In this document: positions 8,348 through 16,352 of the stretch, piece after piece
Position numbering within the stretch: the first letter of the stretch is position 1
Layout of the letters: every line of letters starts with the position of its first letter
Virus record (IMG/VR): IMGVR_UViG_3300008255_000236
Location: 1 to 39,098 of that record
Length of the DNA stretch: 39,098 bases
Reading direction: 5' to 3' (one strand)
Source of the DNA: a virus
Lineage: Duplodnaviria; Caudoviricetes
The notes under the pieces: model-generated
What the model was told of the DNA's origin: nothing
Databases searched by the model: none
What the model saw: only the letters and a program-made list of their open reading frames with translations
Position numbers and translations under genes: made by a program

Positions 8348-8938
8348 ATGAATAAATCAAAATTACCAGCAAAGCACACAAAAGCAGCTGAACACGTCCA
8401 CGCAGTACCACAGGATGATGATGCACCCCTATATATAGAACTTTCCCAAAAGTTTAGCGTTAGCGAGAAACAAGCCAAGGCCGCCGCAATTTGGGTTATG
8501 CAACACCTGGAACCAACCCCAGATAAATTAACATTCCAAGAGGCTTGCACCGCCGCAGGCTATAAAACAGGGGGATCTAATAACTATTATGAGGGCAGGC
8601 TGTTTGCAAGTGCGAACATGCGGCATCTACGCGCCTGGCTGATAGATAATATGTTAGAGATTGTTAGCACAGAGGCGATCGGGATTAAACTTATGTTAGC
8701 CCGCGGGATTGATAACATCACCGGCAAGCCCGTTTCTGCTGGCGTTCGCAGCGATAACGCGCAATGGCTGGCATCTCTACGGTTTAGCACATTAAAACAA
8801 CGCGAGCCAGCCGCGGGGGAAGGTGAAGTACCGTTGAATAAATTAAATGCGGGCGATCTTGAAAATATGGTTTTAACCCTGCAAAGTCAGTTAGAGGGGT
8901 TGCAGGCGCAAAAAGAGGGTGAAACCACAACATCTTGA
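8348..8938 (+). CDS. Putative terminase small subunit
   Basis: SEKQAKAA...EACTAAGYK resembles the TerS HTH (LTxKQ...AAxxAGY); C-terminal coiled coil; the 7991-8347 extension of the track ORF is probably spurious. Confidence 0.5.
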   Translation: MNKSKLPAKHTKAAEHVHAVPQDDDAPLYIELSQKFSVSEKQAKAAAIWVMQHLEPTPDKLTFQEACTAAGYKTGGSNNYYEGRLFASANMRHLRAWLIDNMLEIVSTEAIGIKLMLARGIDNITGKPVSAGVRSDNAQWLASLRFSTLKQREPAAGEGEVPLNKLNAGDLENMVLTLQSQLEGLQAQKEGETTTS

Positions 8939-9016
8939 TTCTATGTCATACACCCTTGCTAATTGTTTCACGGTTTCGATTCTATAAGTCAACAGGCACA
9001 ATGGTTACAGCGTGGA

Positions 9017-9044
9017 ACTTCGCATAATATGTATTATGTTAATT
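9017..9044 (+). other. dif-like XerC/XerD recombination site
   Basis: ACTTCGCATAA-TATGTA-TTATGTTAATT versus E. coli dif GGTGCGCATAA-TGTATA-TTATGTTAAAT; 11-6-11 geometry; intergenic. Confidence 0.85.
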
Positions 9045-9317
9045 ATATAGCTCATGAATACATGATGCCGCAAAGCCTTGTGAAATATAGCTAAACCGCG
9101 CGCGTAAGTATCGGTTTCGACCCCCCCGGGGGGTCCCCACCCCTTCCTCGTCGTCGCGGGCCACCCCCCTCGACAAATCTCACAAAAACTGGCCAATTGT
9201 TTCCCTGAATACAATTACTGTGATTTTTCTGCACATTTAGGTGTGGTGGGGATAAAATGCCAATTGCTCCGGTGTGGAATACCCGTCATTTTTCTCTTAT
9301 GTGGCAAAAATACATGC

Positions 9318-9347
9318 TTTACATTTGCGGTTTGTGCGGTTTAGGAT
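9318..9347 (+). promoter_or_regulatory. Sigma70-like promoter for the replication operon
   Basis: TTTACA-18-TAGGAT upstream of 9385. Confidence 0.45.
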
Positions 9348-9384
9348 GTGGTTCAGTTAAGTTTAGTAAAGTGAAGGTCTAAAA

Positions 9385-9588
9385 ATGTCAGAAAAGCCGA
9401 TTTTATTTAGTATAGAGGTAAAGCCGTTGGTTTCGCGCCGAGTTGGGCGGATCATGGATATTTTAGAGTTGGTTGGTGTGTCTGAGGGGGTTAAGCGGAT
9501 GGTGAAGGAGGAGTTGTGGGGGTTGCATGACGATATTTTGCAGATACCGTTGCCGATGGATGAAGTAGAGGGGGTTAGGGATGTCTAA
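9385..9588 (+). CDS. Hypothetical protein
   Basis: GAAGG RBS; overlaps the initiator start. Confidence 0.65.
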   Translation: MSEKPILFSIEVKPLVSRRVGRIMDILELVGVSEGVKRMVKEELWGLHDDILQIPLPMDEVEGVRDV

Positions 9589-10405
9589 TCAGTGGTTTAG
9601 GATGTATCACGAGTTTTCAACCGACCCGAAGGTGCAGATGTTGTCCGAGGTGGATCAGCGTAGATTTGTAATGCTTTTGTGTTTACGTTGCTGTAACGGT
9701 GATGTAACGTTACATGAAACGGAGGTAGCGTTTCAACTACGCATTTCTGATAGCGAATGGGAGGGTACAAAGACACGTTTGTTGGAGCGTGGATTGATTA
9801 CGGAGGAGAATAAGCCGACAAATTGGGATAAGCGGCAATTCGTAAGTGACACAAGCAATTTGAGGGTAAAAAAGTTCCGTGAAAAGCAGAAGAAACGGGA
9901 ATGTAACGTTACAGTAACGCCCCCAGATACAGATACAGATACAGATACAGAAGTAAGAGATAATACTAACGTATCATCTCTTAGCGCGCGAAAACCAAAA
10001 AATGAAATTGCCGAAGTGGAGGAAGTGAAGAATGAAAAAAATCGGGGAAGTGTCAAAAAGCATAAACGTCTCTACGAGGAGTTCGGGGTCTCAACCGTCG
10101 GGGAGTTTGTCAAATCCATCCCTCAGCGATGGGCAGATTACGCCAGAGCGGAAAACCCAAACACCGGAAAACGGTTCTGGCCCGATGAATACTGCCTCCA
10201 GCAACTCCACGCATTCTGGGACTGCTTTGTTGGCAGCGAGCCTGGCGCCCCTGTCAACGTCAAAGAACCTGCCAAGCGTGACTGGTGGCTTACGTGGAAG
10301 CGGTGGTGCGATAACGAGCGGTCTCAGCCGAGTGCGGCAGCATCTAACCGCGCTAAATCAGCGGCTACCGCAGCCGTTGCTGCAGCGAATAAGCGCTGGG
10401 GTTAG
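9581..10405 (+). CDS. Phage replication initiator / replisome organizer
   Basis: WFRMYHEFSTDPKVQML N-terminus; RVKKFREK; DTDTDTE linker; internal GTAAC repeats. Confidence 0.8.
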   Translation: MSNQWFRMYHEFSTDPKVQMLSEVDQRRFVMLLCLRCCNGDVTLHETEVAFQLRISDSEWEGTKTRLLERGLITEENKPTNWDKRQFVSDTSNLRVKKFREKQKKRECNVTVTPPDTDTDTDTEVRDNTNVSSLSARKPKNEIAEVEEVKNEKNRGSVKKHKRLYEEFGVSTVGEFVKSIPQRWADYARAENPNTGKRFWPDEYCLQQLHAFWDCFVGSEPGAPVNVKEPAKRDWWLTWKRWCDNERSQPSAAASNRAKSAATAAVAAANKRWG

Positions 10406-10406
10406 C

Positions 10407-11243
10407 ATGTTTCAGGTCAGTAACGAGCAAATCCCACCAGCCGTGTTGATTGGGGACGACCTCAAGGCGGTGCAGAAGGTGTACGACCAGATTGAGCGGC
10501 ATCTGACCTCGGTCGATGACGGTAGCCGTGATGACAAAATGAAGTTAACCGAAAAAATTCAGTCGTTTTTGGCCGTGTTTCCGTTCGGTGTGCGGTTTAA
10601 CGACGGAACCATCAACGAATTGGTGATGACGGAGTGGCTCGATGCCCTCGCCAAATACCCATTCTGGGCCGTAGAGATGGCGTTGAATTACCTGCGGGAC
10701 AACCGTGGGGATAAAAAACAGCCGATGATTGCCGATGCGGTCGCCGAAGTGAAAAAATATCTCAAACCTTACCAACTGCAGATGTCGAAAATCTCCAGCG
10801 CTTACGGGGAGGCCCTGTTTTTTGAAACGCAGGCAGATTATGAGGCACATCTGGCCGAGGTGGCGGAAAAAGAGCGAATTGCCGAGGAAAAACGGATTTT
10901 GGAGTTGGAAACCGCCAAATGGATGGCTAAAAAGCGGTGGCTGTGGGAAGGTATCCGCAAAGAGCACCAAACCCGCATTGGTGCCGGCATTGCCGCCGAA
11001 GGTAGATTGTCAGAACGGGAACGCATGGCGCAAACCCTCGCCAAATTGGAGGATGGCACCAAATTACGGATCCTCAAAACCGTGTTCCAACAGTTTTGTG
11101 CGTTAAGTGATGGGTTGTTCCCACTGGATACCGACCTTGTAGCATATCTAAACGAGACGACAGATGATTTACTCACGCCAGAGATGGTCTCGCTAAGGGA
11201 AATGATGAAAAAGCACTTAAACGGCGTTACAGGGGGTAACTAG
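10407..11243 (+). CDS. Putative helicase loader/inhibitor (lambda P / G39P position)
   Basis: Follows the initiator; EWLDALAKYPFWAVEMAL...PMIADA pattern; start set just after the initiator stop. Confidence 0.55.
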   Translation: MFQVSNEQIPPAVLIGDDLKAVQKVYDQIERHLTSVDDGSRDDKMKLTEKIQSFLAVFPFGVRFNDGTINELVMTEWLDALAKYPFWAVEMALNYLRDNRGDKKQPMIADAVAEVKKYLKPYQLQMSKISSAYGEALFFETQADYEAHLAEVAEKERIAEEKRILELETAKWMAKKRWLWEGIRKEHQTRIGAGIAAEGRLSERERMAQTLAKLEDGTKLRILKTVFQQFCALSDGLFPLDTDLVAYLNETTDDLLTPEMVSLREMMKKHLNGVTGGN

Positions 11244-11245
11244 AA

Positions 11246-11581
11246 ATGATACCTAAAACCGTTGAGGCGGATACGCATGCAAAAATGGAGATGCTTTATG
11301 CCTTACCTATGAGCAGCATCATCACCTGTAGCCATCGTAGCGAGAATTGGTTGCGGTTGCAATTATCCAAAAATAGTTCGAAGACTATCCACGCCAATGT
11401 AGAAATTGATGGTCATGTGCCGACCCACAAAATTCATGTAACACATGCTGACGGCAAAAAAGAGGTGTTGGACATACTGGAAATGCACTATTGCTGGGAA
11501 TGCGGTGTACCACTAAATGACCGCGAAATGTGGCGGCAACAATGTATCCGATGTTTTGCGGCAGAGGATGGACCATATTAA
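11246..11581 (+). CDS. Hypothetical protein with a C-terminal zinc ribbon
   Basis: CWEC...CIRC. Confidence 0.65.
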   Translation: MIPKTVEADTHAKMEMLYALPMSSIITCSHRSENWLRLQLSKNSSKTIHANVEIDGHVPTHKIHVTHADGKKEVLDILEMHYCWECGVPLNDREMWRQQCIRCFAAEDGPY

Positions 11582-11600
11582 CAAAACAAGGAAAGTAAAA

Positions 11601-12197
11601 ATGCCTGAGGACTGGAATGGGAATAAAAAATCTACATTTACAACGTTAGGCGCGAGTTCGCACTCTAAACACGACCGCGCGGAGCATGATTATTACGCTA
11701 CTGACCCACGCTGTATTGACGACTTGTTCTCAATCGGATTGAGTAAAGACATCCCGATATGGGAACCTGCATGTGGTGAAGGTCATTTGTCTCGCAGAAT
11801 GAAAGAAGCTGGATTTACAGTCAGAGAAAGTGATCTAGTAGACCGTGGTATTGGTGCGGAGGTTTTAGATTTTCTCAAAACAAACGAAACTTGGGATGGA
11901 GATATAGTCACTAATCCACCTTACAATAAATCAATGGAATTTGTTCTAAAATCTCTTGAGACCACCACCAATCGCGGCATGGTTTACATGTTTCTCAAGC
12001 TGACTTTTTTGGAGGGCCAGAAACGGTATGATGAATTGTTTTCAAAGTTCCCACCAGCATCAATTCACGTTTACAGCGCACGCCAGAAATGTGCAAAGAA
12101 CGGCGATTTTGAGAACACAGGCAGCAGTGCTGCTTGTTACGCATGGTTTGTTTGGAGTAAAGGCTTTAATGGATCGCCTCAAATTAAATGGATTTAA
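11601..12197 (+). CDS. Orphan amino (m6A/m4C) DNA methyltransferase
   Basis: DYYATDP; WEPACGEGH (SAM-binding motif I); IVTNPPY (motif IV); FLEGQKR; start could be 11568. Confidence 0.85.
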   Translation: MPEDWNGNKKSTFTTLGASSHSKHDRAEHDYYATDPRCIDDLFSIGLSKDIPIWEPACGEGHLSRRMKEAGFTVRESDLVDRGIGAEVLDFLKTNETWDGDIVTNPPYNKSMEFVLKSLETTTNRGMVYMFLKLTFLEGQKRYDELFSKFPPASIHVYSARQKCAKNGDFENTGSSAACYAWFVWSKGFNGSPQIKWI

Positions 12198-12214
12198 CAA
12201 AACAGGAGTAGAAA

Positions 12215-12310
12215 ATGGAAATAATGGAAATTATTGTAATCTGGCTGGCAGTCAGTTTTGTGATTGGCGTCATCGTCGGTAAATCCATAAAGGTGATGAA
12301 TGACAACTAA
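12215..12310 (+). CDS. Small membrane peptide (31 aa)
   Basis: AGGAG RBS; MEIMEIIVIWLAVSFVIGVIVGKSIKVMNDN. Confidence 0.55.
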   Translation: MEIMEIIVIWLAVSFVIGVIVGKSIKVMNDN

Positions 12311-12340
12311 ACTTAAACGGAAAAGAATAGGAATTTTCTA

Positions 12341-12523
12341 ATGTTAAGAAAATCTAATAAAGATAAAATATGCATACTATGCGCCATAAAAATGAGGCAA
12401 AAAGGGTATTCCCTTAAAGAAACTGCCAAACTTTATGGCGTTAGTGTTGATACGTTAAAAAAAGCGCTACAGGGGCTTAACAATCCCCAATCTAAACCCC
12501 ATTTATATCATCCCAATAATTGA
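12341..12523 (+). CDS. Small HTH protein
   Basis: GYSLKETAKLYGVSVDTLKK helix-turn-helix. Confidence 0.6.
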   Translation: MLRKSNKDKICILCAIKMRQKGYSLKETAKLYGVSVDTLKKALQGLNNPQSKPHLYHPNN

Positions 12524-12941
12524 GGTCAAGGTGGTCAAGTTCGCGGGTGTCTGGGCAGAATTCTGTTTCAGATATGCCGTACTGTTCCATTATTCCCTTG
12601 GCCATGCGGATAACATCTTCAACTTCCCACGTCCATTTAGCCGTGTTCCATATTTTTGAGGTCACTTGGATATTTCCGCGCACATAGCCAATAGAATTAT
12701 CAACACGGTCTAGGCTGGCCCTAAACGGCAATGCAGCGTTATTTTTACGGAGGTCAAATGGTATTCCAGTGTTAGGACAAACACCGCCGTTCATAAGGCG
12801 TCTAACATCGTTTAATTTTAGGTCAAACTTTTTGCCGCGAGATGGGGCTTTTGACTTTGCGTTTGTCCAAAGCATGGCGGCAATTTCGTCTAGGGTGTAG
12901 AAAGGAGATGAGGTCTCAGGGGGCGTTGTAAATACTTTCAT
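12492..12941 (-). CDS. His-Me/HNH-like endonuclease family protein
   Basis: CPNTG...ASLDRVDNSIGYVRGNIQ...N..K motif. Confidence 0.7.
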   Translation of the reverse strand: MKVFTTPPETSSPFYTLDEIAAMLWTNAKSKAPSRGKKFDLKLNDVRRLMNGGVCPNTGIPFDLRKNNAALPFRASLDRVDNSIGYVRGNIQVTSKIWNTAKWTWEVEDVIRMAKGIMEQYGISETEFCPDTRELDHLDLNYWDDINGV

Positions 12942-13156
12942 TCTATTGGGTCGGTTCTAATTAAATCCGCAACTGCGAGGTTGCTTGGCCTGACTATTTT
13001 ATACCACCCGTCAGAAGTTTCTACCAGTAAGGCGTTTTTTCCGTTGGGTTTTGCTTCCCAATAGCGATGAATGGTTACCGGTGGCTGATTAAGACAAAGC
13101 CAGCGCAATGCTCCCATCGCGCTGGCAAACTGCTTTTCGAGTTCGTTATTTGACAT
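12938..13156 (-). CDS. Hypothetical protein
   Basis: Coupled to both neighbours. Confidence 0.6.
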   Translation of the reverse strand: MSNNELEKQFASAMGALRWLCLNQPPVTIHRYWEAKPNGKNALLVETSDGWYKIVRPSNLAVADLIRTDPIE

Positions 13157-13529
13157 CCTGCACGACTGCTTCTTCCTCAGCTTTCTTGTCCTGCTGAATT
13201 AGCGCTTCGCCAGTGGCACCCCAAGAAACATAAAGTTCCTCATAAGTGCCAATTTCGTGGTGGGACGAAATAGATACGTGAAACCCACGCTCCTCAAGTT
13301 TTTTCGCCACTTCGCGCGCATTCAGCAGACCCGTTGTCATACAAATGTAAAAACCTTCCTTCGCTGAGGTGTGAATCTCATCTAGCGCCCTGGCAAACTC
13401 ATCAGGCAATTTTTCTTTACGTAGTTCGTCAGAAATCACTTCTGCATCCTTGGCATTAAATGTATCAATTTTCTCTACTGGTACAGGGTGGCGAGATTCG
13501 TGATAAAAAGCATCATCTGGGTGTGTCAT
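13146..13529 (-). CDS. Hypothetical protein
   Basis: AAGGA RBS; operon packing. Confidence 0.7.
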   Translation of the reverse strand: MTHPDDAFYHESRHPVPVEKIDTFNAKDAEVISDELRKEKLPDEFARALDEIHTSAKEGFYICMTTGLLNAREVAKKLEERGFHVSISSHHEIGTYEELYVSWGATGEALIQQDKKAEEEAVVQDVK

Positions 13530-13530
13530 G

Positions 13531-13944
13531 TTAGTTTCTTCCTTTTGTTACGTTATATTGGCTTGGGTAAACCAATTTTGGTTGACTGTAGGCCGCATGT
13601 TCGGTGTATTTGATTGGCCACTTGTGTCGCACATCAATTGCCCATCCGTCCACAATGCAAATCGCATGATAACCTACATCGTTATCGCGATAAACCTTAA
13701 ATTGTGCGTTCTTTCCGCGCTGCATAGCGGTTATGCAATATGATAACGCAAAATCCTCACAATCCCCCTTACCGCTGGGAGGGAAAAACACTGGAAAATC
13801 ACTTACGCCATAGGTTTTTTGGTCGGATTGGTACGATATTCGGGAATTAACATAATCCTGCACTGCCAACACATCACGCGGAACAGTTGAGCAGCCCGCA
13901 AGTATGACTACAGAAGCTAAAACAAATTTATGAACGCCCACCAT
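13531..13944 (-). CDS. Transglutaminase-like cysteine peptidase (C93/BTLCP, LapG-like) lipoprotein
   Basis: Lipobox LAGC; VNSRISYQSD..YG..D; GDCEDFA; HAICIV; AID catalytic triad pattern. Confidence 0.8.
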   Translation of the reverse strand: MVGVHKFVLASVVILAGCSTVPRDVLAVQDYVNSRISYQSDQKTYGVSDFPVFFPPSGKGDCEDFALSYCITAMQRGKNAQFKVYRDNDVGYHAICIVDGWAIDVRHKWPIKYTEHAAYSQPKLVYPSQYNVTKGRN

Positions 13945-14161
13945 TCCGCTCCACGTAACTGCGAAACTGTGAGTGCCGCGCAATCGTAATTTTTGGGTGA
14001 ACCAAGTATCCATAAGGCTCAATTAACCTCCAATTTGGGTTAAACTCACACCCTTCTTTGATTTCTCGTTCAGAAATACCGCCAATCTGACGCAAGCGCG
14101 CGCAAATGAAGTTGTCGGTCCGTTGCTCAAGGACAATTTCTTTTTTTGTGAGACTTATCAT
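13928..14161 (-). CDS. Hypothetical protein
   Basis: GGAGG RBS; operon packing. Confidence 0.6.
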   Translation of the reverse strand: MISLTKKEIVLEQRTDNFICARLRQIGGISEREIKEGCEFNPNWRLIEPYGYLVHPKITIARHSQFRSYVERNGGRS

Positions 14162-14569
14162 TTAATCCTCCAATTCTTTTAATTCTTCCATGCAACGAGC
14201 GTAGCAATACAAAGGGCCATCTTCGGTAACATGCCTGAGCATCTTAACGAACTCAGACTTGTTAAACCTACGCGCAGGTTTGCCTTTCTCGTATTTTCCC
14301 GTCATCTGCCAAACAATTCGGCTACGCTCCTGACCACTTTTACCAGCTTGTCGCTTTCGGTAATTACTATCTTCTAATGCGCCAGCCAGCGTTAAACGGC
14401 GTATCGCTGAACTTGCCGTCTGGTGGCTCATACCAAGCCCTTTCTCGACATCTAAACAAGTGCCTTTACACTCGTTTTCGCTGAAATAATCAAGCACGCG
14501 GCGTTCAATGTTTGGTATAAACGGCCGCAGTTCCATATATGCGGCCAGTGTTGTGTCTTGTATTTGCAT
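14162..14569 (-). CDS. Winged-helix DNA-binding protein
   Basis: TCLDVEKGLGMSHQTASSAIRRL...R..IVW pattern. Confidence 0.7.
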   Translation of the reverse strand: MQIQDTTLAAYMELRPFIPNIERRVLDYFSENECKGTCLDVEKGLGMSHQTASSAIRRLTLAGALEDSNYRKRQAGKSGQERSRIVWQMTGKYEKGKPARRFNKSEFVKMLRHVTEDGPLYCYARCMEELKELED

Positions 14570-14586
14570 TCGGTCTCCCCCCTATT

Positions 14587-14886
14587 TTAATGAATAACCA
14601 TTCCAAATCCGTCGTAAACAACGTCCTTCCAGTTTGAATTACTACGCACAAAGTTATTGTTTTTAACGGTGGCATTTGGCATCACGAAAATACGAACATC
14701 GCCAAGAAAAACAAGATCTTTATTTTTCATCGTATCCATAATGGCAAATTGTGAATCTGGTCGGGCAATAATGCCGCGCAATTTCTCGATTGTCTCAAGC
14801 GCAGCATCATATTGCTCGCGCGGTACAAATTGAGATGCAACAGCATCGGCAAGCACCTTCTCTAATTGAAAATCTTTTTGGGTCAT
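14587..14886 (-). CDS. Hypothetical protein
   Basis: GAGGAG RBS; ATGA coupling. Confidence 0.65.
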   Translation of the reverse strand: MTQKDFQLEKVLADAVASQFVPREQYDAALETIEKLRGIIARPDSQFAIMDTMKNKDLVFLGDVRIFVMPNATVKNNNFVRSNSNWKDVVYDGFGMVIH

Positions 14887-15092
14887 CCTATTTCTCCTCT
14901 ATTGATACGAGTTGTTCTATCCTGCTTAAACAGGGTCCGAATATCGTCCATCGACCCAATAGGGTCAAAAGCAATGTCGGATATTGAGTTTAACATATCT
15001 TGAAGCCTTTTACCTTCATCATAAATATGGTCAATTCTCACATATGGATCATCGGCATCGAAAAACCGATGTTTGTAGTGCTTGGCGCTCAA
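14883..15092 (-). CDS. Hypothetical protein
   Basis: TTG start after AAGGA. Confidence 0.6.
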   Translation of the reverse strand: MSAKHYKHRFFDADDPYVRIDHIYDEGKRLQDMLNSISDIAFDPIGSMDDIRTLFKQDRTTRINRGEIG

Positions 15093-15120
15093 AACGTATC
15101 CTTTCTTAATTACCTATACC

Positions 15121-15137
15121 GCAAATTATTTGCTATT
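15121..15137. promoter_or_regulatory. Operator copy GCAAAT-T-ATTTGCTATT inside a leftward promoter
   Basis: Matches the 4149 palindrome; overlaps the spacer and -10 of TTGACT-17-TAATTT on the minus strand. Confidence 0.55.
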
Positions 15138-15147
15138 TATAAAAAAG

Positions 15148-15381
15148 TCAACCGATAATTTCGCGAACGCGATTTTGAATGGCTTTACTTGGCTTTTGTG
15201 AGCCACTTTCCCACCGAGAATACTTGGAAAGATGGAGGCTGAAACCGTCTGGCATATCCTTCAAAATTTTATCAACCATTTCAGCTTGTGTAAATTTTCG
15301 CTTGTGCTGTCGGCTCAGGCGCAGTCGAGCCGAAAAAAGATAATCGGAAAAAGATTTAATTTGCATCGTTAGTGTCCTCAT
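15148..15381 (-). CDS. XRE/Cro-like HTH regulator
   Basis: FTQAEM...YSRWESGSQKPS; start may be 15366. Confidence 0.8.
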   Translation of the reverse strand: MRTLTMQIKSFSDYLFSARLRLSRQHKRKFTQAEMVDKILKDMPDGFSLHLSKYSRWESGSQKPSKAIQNRVREIIG

Positions 15382-15419
15382 GGTTTAATAGCAAAAAAAT
15401 TGTTACATAGGAAAGACGT

Positions 15420-16352
15420 ATGGTCAAGCAAATAGAGGGTATCCCACTCGTTAAACAGGGTTTCACTGAAATGGAAGATCGGCGTTACCATGCGCATTGG
15501 GCAATAAACTCAAGCAGTTTGAAAGAGGCGCTAGATTGCACGGCCGCCGATTATTATTATAATTCGCCATTAAACCCTAACTACAGCTCAGTTCCGTCAG
15601 ACCCAAAAACAATGGGGTCTGCTTTTCACGCGATGCTGCTTGAACCCGAGACATTTTACGACAGGTTTTACATATCTCCCAAGGTCAACCGCGCAACGAC
15701 AATGGGTAAACTTATTGCGACTACCTTTGAAGAAAGGGCTGACGGCAAAGAGATTTTGTCGGCGGACAATTTTTGGACGATGTACGACATCTTCAAGGTT
15801 TTTGCTGATATGCCAACCACACACGCATTATTCCAAAAAGGTGTTGCGGAGCAAGCAATGTTTTGGCAAGAGGAAGTTGATTTACCTAATCCTGATTTCG
15901 GTGCAGAACCTATGAAAACAAAGTTATGGTGTCGGGCTAAGGTAGATTACGCGCGTTGGGTGGATACGGCATGTGGCCGTGTATTGATGATTGTCGACTT
16001 AAAAACAATTAACGATTTCAAAAATGTTCGTTCGGTTGCTCGTACAGTTGCCGATCGGCGATACGACATTCAGGCTGCCCATTACATCAAGGGCGCACAA
16101 ACCATTGTCGGTGAGGATGTTCCAGTTATATTTGTGCTCGTGTTCCAAGAAAAAAAGGCGCCGCACAAAATTTTACCAGTACGCTTAGAGCAGGATATTT
16201 TGGAGGTTGGCGAGAAACGTCGTCAATCATGCCTGACACAAGTAGCAGAGTGGTACCACCTCTATGGATGCGAAGAACCATGGCCAGCGTTTGACGACTG
16301 CTTGCACATGATGACATCTGACATGATGCCAAATTACTGGAACTATATTTAG
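15420..16352 (+). CDS. RecE/ExoVIII-like PD-(D/E)XK exonuclease
   Basis: YHA..AINSSSLK; GSAFHAMLLEP; CRAKVD; IVDLKT; YDIQAAHY. Confidence 0.85.
   Translation: MVKQIEGIPLVKQGFTEMEDRRYHAHWAINSSSLKEALDCTAADYYYNSPLNPNYSSVPSDPKTMGSAFHAMLLEPETFYDRFYISPKVNRATTMGKLIATTFEERADGKEILSADNFWTMYDIFKVFADMPTTHALFQKGVAEQAMFWQEEVDLPNPDFGAEPMKTKLWCRAKVDYARWVDTACGRVLMIVDLKTINDFKNVRSVARTVADRRYDIQAAHYIKGAQTIVGEDVPVIFVLVFQEKKAPHKILPVRLEQDILEVGEKRRQSCLTQVAEWYHLYGCEEPWPAFDDCLHMMTSDMMPNYWNYI

Noticed and set aside
10032-10406. Long overlap of the 403-aa ORF with the initiator gene
   Set aside because: The Ser-rich off-frame translation looks non-coding, and an ATG at 10407 follows the initiator stop directly.
11601-12941. 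Methyltransferase plus HNH-like gene as a restriction-modification pair
   Set aside because: They are in convergent, separate operons, and both families commonly occur alone in phages.
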